From IMG/VR virus record IMGVR_UViG_3300037742_000046, positions 1 to 48,293 of that record: a DNA stretch of 48,293 nt, one strand, 5' to 3'. Shown here piece by piece: positions 15,932 to 23,766 of the stretch (within the stretch, counting starts at the first letter, position 1; the number at the start of each line of letters is the position of its first letter). Both the position numbers and the translations under genes were made by a program. The DNA is from a virus (Duplodnaviria; Caudoviricetes). The notes under the pieces are model-generated. The model did not search any database. It was given only the letters and a program-made list of their open reading frames with translations, and was not told where the DNA came from.

Positions 15932-16147
15932 ATGAAGCCACTAAACGTCTTGGTCCCCGATGATCTGAGGGATGCCGTCAACGACTACTGTGCGCGAACG
16001 CTAGCCCCAACGGGCCGTCCCCTGTCTGTGGGCGAGTTCATGCGTCGCGCCGCTTGGGAGAAGCTGGACCGCCTTGATGGTCCTAGGCCTCCGCGTGTGA
16101 TTCGTGAGTACGACGAAGTCATCCGCAAACGAGGGGCCCAGCGATGA
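15932..16147 (+). CDS. Ribbon-helix-helix regulator
   Basis: MKPLNVLVPDDLRDAVNDYC...SVGEFMRRAAWEKL. Confidence 0.75.
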   Translation: MKPLNVLVPDDLRDAVNDYCARTLAPTGRPLSVGEFMRRAAWEKLDRLDGPRPPRVIREYDEVIRKRGAQR

Positions 16148-16452
16148 CCGATGACGAGTTCGCGGAGCAGGATGAGCAGGACCGTATCGATGACGCGAGG
16201 TGGGCGGCGTGGGCGCGGGCTTCTGCGGCTCGTCGTGCCGATGACGCCGACGAGCTGCGCCACAACCATGCGCGCCGTACGGAGCAGCAGCGTAACGAGC
16301 TGGACAAGCTGGCTGTGCCGGCGTCCGTGAAGGTTGAGCGGGCGTTGCGGGCCACGGGTTGCGACTGTCGCGCGGTCGTGTTGGACAACGGTTGCTGCGC
16401 TGGTTGTGGCCAGCAGATCACGGATACCGACGAACCGAAGGGGACACCATGA
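16144..16452 (+). CDS. Hypothetical protein, C-terminal Cys cluster
   Basis: ATGA overlaps. Confidence 0.6.
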   Translation: MTDDEFAEQDEQDRIDDARWAAWARASAARRADDADELRHNHARRTEQQRNELDKLAVPASVKVERALRATGCDCRAVVLDNGCCAGCGQQITDTDEPKGTP

Positions 16453-16715
16453 CCACCATCGCTATCTCGCGTGACCTGCTGAAACGCATCGATAGGGCGC
16501 TGCGCGATGAGTTGGACCAGGCTGAGTATGAGCGCGTCGGCCTTGAGGTCGAGGCCCTGACGCGTTCAGTGCATCAGGGTGGCGATCCAGTAGCGGTGGA
16601 ATTTGAGCGCGAACAGGAGATCCGTCGGCGGGCTCGGGAAATTGGCCCTACGTTGGGTGGCGAGTCAACGGTTGATCGACTACGGGCCGCGTATGAAGAC
16701 GAGCCACGGCCATGA
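16449..16715 (+). CDS. Hypothetical protein
   Basis: AAGGGG RBS, ATGA overlaps. Confidence 0.6.
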   Translation: MTTIAISRDLLKRIDRALRDELDQAEYERVGLEVEALTRSVHQGGDPVAVEFEREQEIRRRAREIGPTLGGESTVDRLRAAYEDEPRP

Positions 16716-16975
16716 GCACCACTAGCCGACAGCCCTACAGCCCGGAAGCGGCAAAGGCGGCACGGGAAGCACAGCGAGCGGGCGGTGGCGTGCTTGAGGT
16801 TGTGGATGCGATGCATGATCGTTCCCGGCTGGGCTTGGCCGCCAGTGTGTGCGCCCGGACCTTTCTTCACGAGATCGTGGATGCGCTCAAGGCGACGACT
16901 GAGATCGGGTCGCATACCCACCCGTCTCTTGCTGCTGCCGACTGGCTGCTGCGCGAGTTCGAGGCCCGGCCATGA
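16712..16975 (+). CDS. Hypothetical protein
   Basis: ATGA overlaps. Confidence 0.6.
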   Translation: MSTTSRQPYSPEAAKAAREAQRAGGGVLEVVDAMHDRSRLGLAASVCARTFLHEIVDALKATTEIGSHTHPSLAAADWLLREFEARP

Positions 16976-17208
16976 GTGTGGATGCTGGGGCGCGTAGGGC
17001 CGCGGTGCTGTTCGAGATCGCGGCGCACGCCGATCTGTACGAAGCTGATGTTGCGCCCGATTACCCAAGGGAGCGGATGGCGAACATCAAGGCTGCTGCT
17101 GATCGGGTAGGGATGGATTCGCTAGGTCGTCCCAAGGGTCTGTATGAGCTGGCCGGGCGAGTGCTTGCGTGGCTAGAGCACGACGCGAAGCAGGAGCAGC
17201 AGACATGA
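16972..17208 (+). CDS. Hypothetical protein
   Basis: ATGA overlaps. Confidence 0.6.
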   Translation: MSVDAGARRAAVLFEIAAHADLYEADVAPDYPRERMANIKAAADRVGMDSLGRPKGLYELAGRVLAWLEHDAKQEQQT

Positions 17209-17429
17209 GCGTTCCCCTTCTCCAATGGCGCCAAGGTCGCAGCGTCGCAGAACAGACCGCTCTGATGGCTGAGCACACAGACTGTACGCACTGCTTTGAT
17301 AACCGCGAGATCGTCTTGTGGTGGGAGCACGGTAACGCTGTCTGGGGACCATGCCCTTGCTGTAATCCTGCGGGTAGGCCTGCGCCGTCATGGGCCGAAT
17401 GGCATGCGGCTCATGAGCCGCATGTTTAG
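17205..17429 (+). CDS. Zinc-ribbon protein
   Basis: CTHC...PCPCC. Confidence 0.6.
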   Translation: MSVPLLQWRQGRSVAEQTALMAEHTDCTHCFDNREIVLWWEHGNAVWGPCPCCNPAGRPAPSWAEWHAAHEPHV

Positions 17430-17820
17430 CAGGCGACGCCACAGCGTCGAGTACCGCCGTCATCTCGCTTCGCCTGAGTGGCGGCGCATACGTCGCGGAG
17501 CGTTGGAGCGCGCTGGCTTCCGCTGCCAGTTCTGCGGCTGCGGGAAGGCGCCGGGGCGTCCGTTGCACGTCCATCATCGATCGTATGAGCATTTGGGGGC
17601 TGAGCGTCCTGAGGATCTGACGGTGCTTTGTAAGCCTTGCCATGACGCGGCGGATAGGCAGCGTCGCGCAGCGAACCGGTCGCGCCGGCCTAAGCGCAGG
17701 CGTTCCCGGCGTCGTCGGGTTCCGCGTGTGGTGCGTGAGTTGTTGATGCCGTTCGTGGTGGTGGGCGGCGGCATGGTTGGGTTGAAGGCCCTGGCGGTCG
17801 TGTTGCCGCATCTGTCATGA
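17422..17820 (+). CDS. HNH endonuclease with C-terminal hydrophobic helix
   Basis: YRRHLASPEWRRIR..CQFC..LHVHHRSYEHLG.E..EDL..LCKPCH; tail LLMPFVVVGGGMVGLKALAVVL. Confidence 0.78.
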   Translation: MFSRRRHSVEYRRHLASPEWRRIRRGALERAGFRCQFCGCGKAPGRPLHVHHRSYEHLGAERPEDLTVLCKPCHDAADRQRRAANRSRRPKRRRSRRRRVPRVVRELLMPFVVVGGGMVGLKALAVVLPHLS

Positions 17821-17822
17821 CT

Positions 17823-18257
17823 TCAGGAGCGACGAAGCGAACCAGTAGCGACCACGCGGGCGATGATGTCTCGCTCGTAGTCCGTCATTGCCGGTGGGAT
17901 TGGAGGCGGTGGCTTGGGCTCATAGGCAGAGTCCCGACCAACGTTCTTGCTGGGATGCCTGCCATCGGTTCGCGTGCGTGCATATGCATCTGCACGCCCC
18001 GAGAAGAACAGGACTGCCGTATCGAGCGACCCTTGACCCTCACGCTCTAGCTGATGCACCGTTGTGTGGCATCCGCGGCACAAGGGCTGAAGGTCATCCA
18101 GACGTTCGCGGCCGATGCGCTCGTAGGTCTTGTGGTGCAGATCCAGAAGGAGGCATTCGCCGCAGAGGCAGACCCACGGTCGCTCGCGCTTGTATCTGGC
18201 TTTGAGGCGTCGCCAGTGCGGCGACTTCAGGTAGACGGAGTAGTCTTCGGTGGGCAC
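17823..18257 (-). CDS. HNH endonuclease (same subfamily as 17422..17820)
   Basis: YLKSPHWRRLK..CLCG..LDLHHKTYERIG.E.LDDL..LCRGCH; GGAGG RBS, GTG start. Confidence 0.82.
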   Translation of the reverse strand: MPTEDYSVYLKSPHWRRLKARYKRERPWVCLCGECLLLDLHHKTYERIGRERLDDLQPLCRGCHTTVHQLEREGQGSLDTAVLFFSGRADAYARTRTDGRHPSKNVGRDSAYEPKPPPPIPPAMTDYERDIIARVVATGSLRRS

Positions 18258-18323
18258 TCGGAACCTCCAACGTTCGGGTGTCTGGGCCCCGGCGTTCACA
18301 GCGCGCGGGGCCCACTTAGTCTA
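18258..18323 (-). promoter_or_regulatory. -10 box plus bulged-C leader hairpin (motif copy 3)
   Basis: TAGACT aag TGGGCCCCG-C-GCG ctgtgaa CGC CGGGGCCCA GAC ACC cGAAC gttGGAG GTTC. Confidence 0.65.
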
Positions 18324-18340
18324 TCGGTAGGTAGGGCCGG

Positions 18341-18772
18341 ATGACCGGGACGTTGGTGTCTGTGGAGTTCGTGGTGCGGGGCATCCCCCCCTCCAAGAAC
18401 GACAAGCGCCTCAAGGTCCACCCTGCACGCAAGAGCACCATCAAACGCAAGTGGATGTGGGCGTTCATGCGCGCCCTCGATGACCTGGACTTGGACAAGC
18501 CGATCCGGAAGACCGGGAAACTCCTCGTGTACGCGGAGGTCTTCGAGGCGAAGCGGACGCGGCTTGAGGCTGAGAACGTCAGGATCGGGATGCTGTCCGA
18601 GGCGTTGTTGGATGCGTTGTGGCGGGAGTCGATGACGGTGGATGGTGCCCGGATCGTTGGGGGTTGGATTCGGCATGATTCGGATGATGAGGTGGAGCTT
18701 GTGTCGGTGCGGAAGAGTCCGGTGGTTGGCATCGAGCAAACGAAAGTCCGGTTGGAATGGAGAAGTGCATGA
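18341..18772 (+). CDS. RusA-like fold nuclease/resolvase
   Basis: F.V.GIPPSKN...R.E.EN...LLDAL...I.HDS...TKVRLEW. Confidence 0.55.
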   Translation: MTGTLVSVEFVVRGIPPSKNDKRLKVHPARKSTIKRKWMWAFMRALDDLDLDKPIRKTGKLLVYAEVFEAKRTRLEAENVRIGMLSEALLDALWRESMTVDGARIVGGWIRHDSDDEVELVSVRKSPVVGIEQTKVRLEWRSA

Positions 18773-18963
18773 CTGATCCTCTGGTAGGCCGCATCATCGA
18801 CTGGCCCGGTGAGTTCAATGCTCTGCGGATCGTGGCGATTGAGCATGAGTGGGATGACGGAACGACATGCGTGTATCTGACGGGTCCGCATGCGGGGTCC
18901 GAGACGATGCGTGACACGTTCCGCGTTCGTCGGCTTGCGGCTGAGCAAGAGTCCGGTGGTTGG
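18713..18963 (+). repeat. 17-bp direct repeat AAGAGTCCGGTGGTTGG (18713-18729, 18947-18963) within a longer diverged duplication
   Basis: Copies translate KSPVVGIEQTKVRLEW and KSPVVGVERTKVVLEW. Confidence 0.8.
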
Positions 18964-18969
18964 GGTTGA
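18769..18969 (+). CDS. Hypothetical protein (apparent insertion)
   Basis: ATGA overlap; bracketed by a 17-bp direct repeat. Confidence 0.55.
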   Translation: MTDPLVGRIIDWPGEFNALRIVAIEHEWDDGTTCVYLTGPHAGSETMRDTFRVRRLAAEQESGGWG

Positions 18970-19030
18970 GAGGACGAAAGTTGTGCTCGAATGGCTCCCA
19001 TCTTCTCCTACGATCTGCTACACTGTTGAT

Positions 19031-19234
19031 ATGAGCACTTCCCAGACATACGGAGCTCGCGAACTGCGACCAGACCTGTATCAGCCCTTTACAACGCGTG
19101 CATGCGGCCATACGTACGAAGGCCCTCGATATAACACACGCGAAGAGGCCGAGAATTATGCTCGCTACACGCTACATGCGTGTGGGTGTGGCACATGCAA
19201 GTGGCAGGAGCGGCGGGGTCTCGATGCCTCGTAA
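19031..19234 (+). CDS. Hypothetical Cys/His protein (leaderless)
   Basis: TG-n-TACACT at 19016-19024; CGH...HACGCGTC. Confidence 0.6.
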   Translation: MSTSQTYGARELRPDLYQPFTTRACGHTYEGPRYNTREEAENYARYTLHACGCGTCKWQERRGLDAS

Positions 19235-19442
19235 GTCTGTGTATTTCCCTGATGAGCAGTGGCCGCGGATTGAGCAGGCCGCTGAGCTTGAGGACCGCTC
19301 CGTATCTAAGTGGCTGCAACGTGCTGCTGAGCGAGCGTTGCCCAAGCTTCCGTCGTCCGAGGATCTACTGGGCCCAGCCGAGTACCACCGGCCGGATTGC
19401 CAGTGCTACTCCTGTCGGCCTGGCGTGAGGCAGACCCGATGA
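19224..19442 (+). CDS. RHH regulator with C-terminal HxxxCxCxxC
   Basis: MPRKSVYFPDEQWPRIEQAAELEDRSVSKWLQRA...HRPDCQCYSC. Confidence 0.75.
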   Translation: MPRKSVYFPDEQWPRIEQAAELEDRSVSKWLQRAAERALPKLPSSEDLLGPAEYHRPDCQCYSCRPGVRQTR

Positions 19443-19660
19443 CTGCTGTGCATCCTGAGATCGGGACCCTTGTCGCGCAACGAGCGTGCGCAAGGACCCG
19501 CGACAACATCTGGAAGGTATACGGCCGCACCGACGACTTGACCGATAGCCCGGACCCCCGGCCGCTGTTGGTGTTACAGAACGGTGTGCATCTTGATCGG
19601 TTGTGGTCGGTCGGATTGTCGGCTGAGGGGTTCTGGGAAGAGTTCGTGAGGCTCCCATGA
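19439..19660 (+). CDS. Hypothetical protein
   Basis: ATGA overlaps. Confidence 0.55.
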   Translation: MTAVHPEIGTLVAQRACARTRDNIWKVYGRTDDLTDSPDPRPLLVLQNGVHLDRLWSVGLSAEGFWEEFVRLP

Positions 19661-19854
19661 CCCACGCCCCACCCGCAACGGTCACGATCCTGCATTGCCC
19701 AGCGTGCGGCCGCGACGATCGCGTGCGCTACCTACGGGAGACGATGCCGCACAACACGCCACAGGGTACTCGTTGCCCTGCGCTACCGGTGCGCGTGACC
19801 TACGTCGCTATCGCTAGCTCTACTCCGTTGACCAACGAAGGGGACCAACCATGA
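19657..19854 (+). CDS. Zinc-ribbon-like protein
   Basis: CPAC...H...C. Confidence 0.55.
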   Translation: MTHAPPATVTILHCPACGRDDRVRYLRETMPHNTPQGTRCPALPVRVTYVAIASSTPLTNEGDQP

Positions 19855-20093
19855 TCGGCCCAGCACTGCGCTATACCAACGAACAAGCCCGCCGACTAGA
19901 GCGAAGCGTCGCGGAATTCACGAAGCTCACCAACGACGATATCTACGACCTACTCAAGTGGGCGGAAGACATGAGGGAAGCGCTTGATCTGATCGCGAGT
20001 ACCGATCCAGTCGATGCGGCTCTGGACCCTGGGCGCGCCATTCGGGTTGCCCAAGCGGTTCTGGATGCCTATACAGCAGAGGTGGCGGCATGA
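19851..20093 (+). CDS. Hypothetical protein
   Basis: GAAGGGG RBS, ATGA overlaps. Confidence 0.6.
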   Translation: MIGPALRYTNEQARRLERSVAEFTKLTNDDIYDLLKWAEDMREALDLIASTDPVDAALDPGRAIRVAQAVLDAYTAEVAA

Positions 20094-20248
20094 CCCTTCA
20101 CAGCAAGCTGTATCGGGCCGCGCGGCTTTCGAACACTCTGCACGCGATCGCGAATCCTAAGCGTGCGCCGCGCAGGTTGAAGAACATTGTTGTTGGCCGG
20201 CTCCTCGCGAGGGCGGGCGTGTTCGGCCGGATGTGGGGTGGACGATGA
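20090..20248 (+). CDS. 52-aa basic protein
   Basis: MTLHSKLYRAARLSNTLHAIANPKRAPRRLKNIVVGRLLARAGVFGRMWGGR; ATGA overlaps on both sides. Confidence 0.6.
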   Translation: MTLHSKLYRAARLSNTLHAIANPKRAPRRLKNIVVGRLLARAGVFGRMWGGR

Positions 20249-20715
20249 AACGTGTCGCTCTCGCAACCCTCGCCCTTGCCGCCATCACAGCGGCGCCCGC
20301 CCAAGCGCAACGCAAGCCCGCCCCAAAGCTCGAATACCCCGCTGTCATCGATGCCGTCACCCGCGTCGCCAGCAACGGCTGTGAACAACGCCGCGTCCGC
20401 ATCCTCAACCACCCAGACCACCGGTCGTTCTTCCACAAGGGCTACTGCTACCCACCGCAGCCCCGCAACTGCATGGTCCGCGCACACGGCCGCAACATCC
20501 AGTGGGGCGACTGTGGTCCCGTGTCGTACATGCTCAGGTTCGAGTACATCCCGGAGGTTGGGTACGTCACGATCGATCTGTACTGCCGGTCCTCAAGGAT
20601 CGCGGTGGTGCAGGTCCTGGATTACGTGCCGGGGCATCTGACGAAGCAGTGGCATTTGAAGCATGATCAGCGCCGCTCGAAGCCGGTGGTGTGCGTGTGG
20701 GGGAAGCCACGATGA
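20245..20715 (+). CDS. Secreted Cys-containing protein
   Basis: Sec signal MKRVALATLALAAITAAPAQA; six Cys. Confidence 0.7.
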   Translation: MKRVALATLALAAITAAPAQAQRKPAPKLEYPAVIDAVTRVASNGCEQRRVRILNHPDHRSFFHKGYCYPPQPRNCMVRAHGRNIQWGDCGPVSYMLRFEYIPEVGYVTIDLYCRSSRIAVVQVLDYVPGHLTKQWHLKHDQRRSKPVVCVWGKPR

Positions 20716-20951
20716 GCGATGATCGACAAATCCATGCGATCACGGCGGCCGGCGGGGAAATAGTCCGCTACGACCGCGCAGGCAAGTGGTACATCGAATA
20801 CCCAATCCTGGGTCTACCGCGACAGGCGGTGTCTCTGATGGGAGCCGTAGCCGAGGCCACCCGTCCCGGAGCTACCGTCCTTGACAGACGCTCAGGCGGG
20901 ACGGCCTTTAGGGCTGCCGTTCGTCGTCGCCGGGAGGAGTTCAGACCATGA
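20712..20951 (+). CDS. Hypothetical protein
   Basis: ATGA overlaps. Confidence 0.6.
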   Translation: MSDDRQIHAITAAGGEIVRYDRAGKWYIEYPILGLPRQAVSLMGAVAEATRPGATVLDRRSGGTAFRAAVRRRREEFRP

Positions 20952-21301
20952 GTCGTGTTCGTGTAGCTTTGGTTGCCCTGTCGCTCACAACACCCGCCCT
21001 GGTGAGCGACAGGGCACAAGCCGCCAAATACCGGGCAGCATGGGCAAGCTGGTACGGACCTTCGCTCTACGGCAATCCACTGGGTTGCGGCGGCACCCTG
21101 TATCGAGAGACGGTAGGGGTGGCTCACAAGACAATGCGTTGCGGGAAGCGTCTGCGGCTATGTGCGCGACGCTGCGCCACGGTACGTGTTATTGACCGTG
21201 GTCCATACGTTCCTGGCCGCGAGTTTGACTTGACGCAAGCGCTTGCTGAGCGCGTTGGTTTTCGCGGCGTTGGCTTGGTCTACGTCCGCGCGGTACGGTA
21301 G
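20948..21301 (+). CDS. RlpA-like (double-psi beta-barrel) lytic transglycosylase with signal peptide
   Basis: ASWYGP...VAHKT..CG...VRVIDRGPY..GREFDLT. Confidence 0.88.
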   Translation: MSRVRVALVALSLTTPALVSDRAQAAKYRAAWASWYGPSLYGNPLGCGGTLYRETVGVAHKTMRCGKRLRLCARRCATVRVIDRGPYVPGREFDLTQALAERVGFRGVGLVYVRAVR

Positions 21302-21315
21302 CCTATGCGGTACCG

Positions 21316-21768
21316 ATGGCCGAACGATTCGACCTATACATCGCGAAGGGAAGCCCTGATGAGTGCTGGCCATGGACTGGTGGATGCGATCCGGACGGTT
21401 ATGGCATCTACTGGTCATCAGGACTGCATCGCAAGGTCCGAGCTCACCGCTTCGCGTTCTATCTTGCCTACGGCTGGTGGCCTACCTTCGTCTGCCATCA
21501 CTGCGACAACCCACCGTGCTGCAACCCAGCCTGTCTGTTCGCTGGCGATGCGCAAACAAATCACGACGATATGGCGGCCAAAGGACGAAGGCCCTCCCGC
21601 CGGACGAACACCAAGCTAGACGAAGGTCGCGTGCGTCGAATCCGAGCGAAGTACGCGGCTGGCGGGGAGTCCTACCGAACGCTCGCGCTGGCCAATGATG
21701 TATCCCCAAGTCTGATCCAGCAAGTGATCGAACGTCGCATCTGGAAAACCGTTCCCGACGCGGGCTAG
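21316..21768 (+). CDS. HNH homing endonuclease with C-terminal HTH
   Basis: ECWPWTG...AHRFAF...VCHHCDNPPCCNP..L..G....N..DM..KGR; KL....V..IR. Confidence 0.9.
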   Translation: MAERFDLYIAKGSPDECWPWTGGCDPDGYGIYWSSGLHRKVRAHRFAFYLAYGWWPTFVCHHCDNPPCCNPACLFAGDAQTNHDDMAAKGRRPSRRTNTKLDEGRVRRIRAKYAAGGESYRTLALANDVSPSLIQQVIERRIWKTVPDAG

Positions 21769-22028
21769 AACTTTAGTGTCGCGAGCTTCGCGATAACCCA
21801 CGCCAACCCATCATCAACACCCTTATGCAACCACGGCACCACCGGCTCAACCCACACCCGGATCACCTTGTGCCCCTGAAACACAACCGCCGCCCCGTTC
21901 GCCTCAAGCCACTCCACCGTGCTTTCGACGGCACCGTTGAGGGCGTTTCGTTGCAGCCTGCCGAGCTTCGGAACCTTGATCGTTGGCTCAGGCGCTGGTT
22001 TAGGGGGTGCGGGCGGAACGGTTGCCAT
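21765..22028 (-). CDS. Hypothetical protein
   Basis: GGAGG RBS; Pro-rich N-terminus. Confidence 0.6.
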   Translation of the reverse strand: MATVPPAPPKPAPEPTIKVPKLGRLQRNALNGAVESTVEWLEANGAAVVFQGHKVIRVWVEPVVPWLHKGVDDGLAWVIAKLATLKF

Positions 22029-22094
22029 GGCGAATACCTCCGAGGTGGGGTCACGAAGGGTACGACCAACCACGAACTAGGAGAACACAACCCC

Positions 22095-22129
22095 GATATC
22101 CGTCGACCTCCACTGATATCATCACGGCC
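22095..22129 (+). promoter_or_regulatory. Leaderless promoter with two GATATC boxes (candidate RHH operator)
   Basis: GATATC at 22095 and 22115 (20-bp period), TATCAT 22117-22122, ATG 22130. Confidence 0.5.
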
Positions 22130-22438
22130 ATGAAGCAAATCGCGCTACGCCTACCCGACGAACTAGCCGCCCTCATCGACAAAGCAGCCGGCGACATCCC
22201 AAGGGAACGATGGATCAGACGCACCCTCGAAACCGTGCTAGCACCCCTCAGCACCCAGACCGGCGCGTTGGAAGCGAGACTGAGCGGTCACGGGCCCGGA
22301 GACACCCCCACGGCAACCACTCCGAGAGGGTCCGGGCCCGTGAAGGAAACGGCGCCTACCGAACACTCAGTCTCGCTTCGAGCGCACCCCCAGTCCTGCA
22401 AATGCGGCGTATGCACCCTCACGAAAGGAAAGCGATGA
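22130..22438 (+). CDS. RHH regulator with C-terminal HxxxCxCxxC
   Basis: MKQIALRLPDELAALIDKAAGDIPRERWIRRTLE...HPQSCKCGVC. Confidence 0.78.
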   Translation: MKQIALRLPDELAALIDKAAGDIPRERWIRRTLETVLAPLSTQTGALEARLSGHGPGDTPTATTPRGSGPVKETAPTEHSVSLRAHPQSCKCGVCTLTKGKR

Positions 22439-22941
22439 CGGACGAACGCTGGCGAGCTGTACCAGGCTTCGAAGGCCGCTACGAAGCCAGTGACCGCGGA
22501 CAAGTCCGCAACACCCGAACCGGCTACGTCCTCAAGCAGTACATCGGGGCGCAAGGCTACTACCGAGTGGGAGTAGGGCACTCACGCGCAACTCACGTCC
22601 TAGTGCTTCGCGCCTTCGCCGGCCCACGACCAGAAGGAATGTACAGCAGACATCTCGACGGCAACCCCCTGAACAACCATCTGTCAAACCTCAAGTGGGG
22701 CACACCAACCGAGAACGCCGCTGACCGGACAGCCCACGGAAGAACAGCCCAAGGCGCTCGTCACCCGTCGCGCGCGACCAAACTCACAACAGCCGACGTA
22801 GACGACATCAGACGACGCGGACAAGCTGGCCAAACCCCGACTGAGATAGCACCTGTCTACAGCATCAGCCGAGTGCACGCGTCATGCATCCTCAGAGGCG
22901 TCAAATGGGGATGGCACGTAACGGAGGAGGCAAGAACATGA
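22435..22941 (+). CDS. NUMOD4-HNH homing endonuclease
   Basis: ERWRAVPGFEGRYEASDRGQVR; RHLDGNPLNNHLSNLKWGTPTEN. Confidence 0.9.
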   Translation: MTDERWRAVPGFEGRYEASDRGQVRNTRTGYVLKQYIGAQGYYRVGVGHSRATHVLVLRAFAGPRPEGMYSRHLDGNPLNNHLSNLKWGTPTENAADRTAHGRTAQGARHPSRATKLTTADVDDIRRRGQAGQTPTEIAPVYSISRVHASCILRGVKWGWHVTEEART

Positions 22942-23138
22942 ACCTAGACATACCCAAACGCAACCGGTGGGTTGCCAGAAGTCCCGCGGGTCCGTTAGGC
23001 TCAGGTCTTCGACCGCCTAACGAGACGCGGTCTTGTGGTTTGGATTCGTTGGATTGCCGGGGTGGGGTGCCTGGGGCTGAATATCCGCCGTCTCGTGTGG
23101 TGCGTGTGTGGCGTCGGGTGTTGGGGCAGGGGCGATGA
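22938..23138 (+). CDS. Hypothetical protein
   Basis: GGAGGAGG RBS, ATGA overlaps. Confidence 0.55.
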   Translation: MNLDIPKRNRWVARSPAGPLGSGLRPPNETRSCGLDSLDCRGGVPGAEYPPSRVVRVWRRVLGQGR

Positions 23139-23455
23139 GTCGGGATTTGCAGCGGGTGCGTCGTGAGGAGTTGGAGGTGTTGGAGCGGGCGGTTGGTCGT
23201 CCGGTGCCGGTGGATTCGTTGGAGCCGTGGTTTCGGGATGTGCCGCGTGAGGTGGTGATCCGCCATGTGTATGAGGCGCCGGTTAGGGAGGGGCGGGATT
23301 GGTGGGCTGAGCCTGAGCCGGCGGGTCGTTGGCCGCATCCGATGCGTCTCGTGGCCTATGTGTTCGGGGTGGCGATGCTGCTTCTAGCGGTGGTGTTGGT
23401 AGTTCAGTCGGGGTTGTTGGGGGTGCAGGTTGAGGCTCCGCCTTGGTTGCGATGA
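23135..23455 (+). CDS. Membrane protein (C-terminal TM)
   Basis: LVAYVFGVAMLLLAVVLVVQSGLL. Confidence 0.7.
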   Translation: MSRDLQRVRREELEVLERAVGRPVPVDSLEPWFRDVPREVVIRHVYEAPVREGRDWWAEPEPAGRWPHPMRLVAYVFGVAMLLLAVVLVVQSGLLGVQVEAPPWLR

Positions 23456-23766
23456 GGGGCGTTGTTTTCTTGGTGGTGTTGGTTGGTGGGTCGTATTGGG
23501 GGTTGGTGCATGCGGCGCGTGAGCATCGTGCGTCGTTGCCGTCCGCGGGTTGCCATCCGGATCGGCAGGTGCGGCTAGTGTGCGTGTCTCCGGGGACGGT
23601 TCGGTATGCGCGACGTCAGGGGTGGCCGCGGGTGCTTGTGAAGGGCGGCGAGCGGACTGGGGATGTGTTGGTGTATGACACGGGGCGGGTGGCTGTGCGG
23701 GTTCGTCGGGCGGTTGAGGGGTTTTGCAGGGGGCAGCGTTTCCGGTTGGTGGCTGCGCGCTCGTGA
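23452..23766 (+). CDS. Membrane-anchored protein (N-terminal TM)
   Basis: MRGVVFLVVLVGGSYWGLVH. Confidence 0.65.
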   Translation: MRGVVFLVVLVGGSYWGLVHAAREHRASLPSAGCHPDRQVRLVCVSPGTVRYARRQGWPRVLVKGGERTGDVLVYDTGRVAVRVRRAVEGFCRGQRFRLVAARS

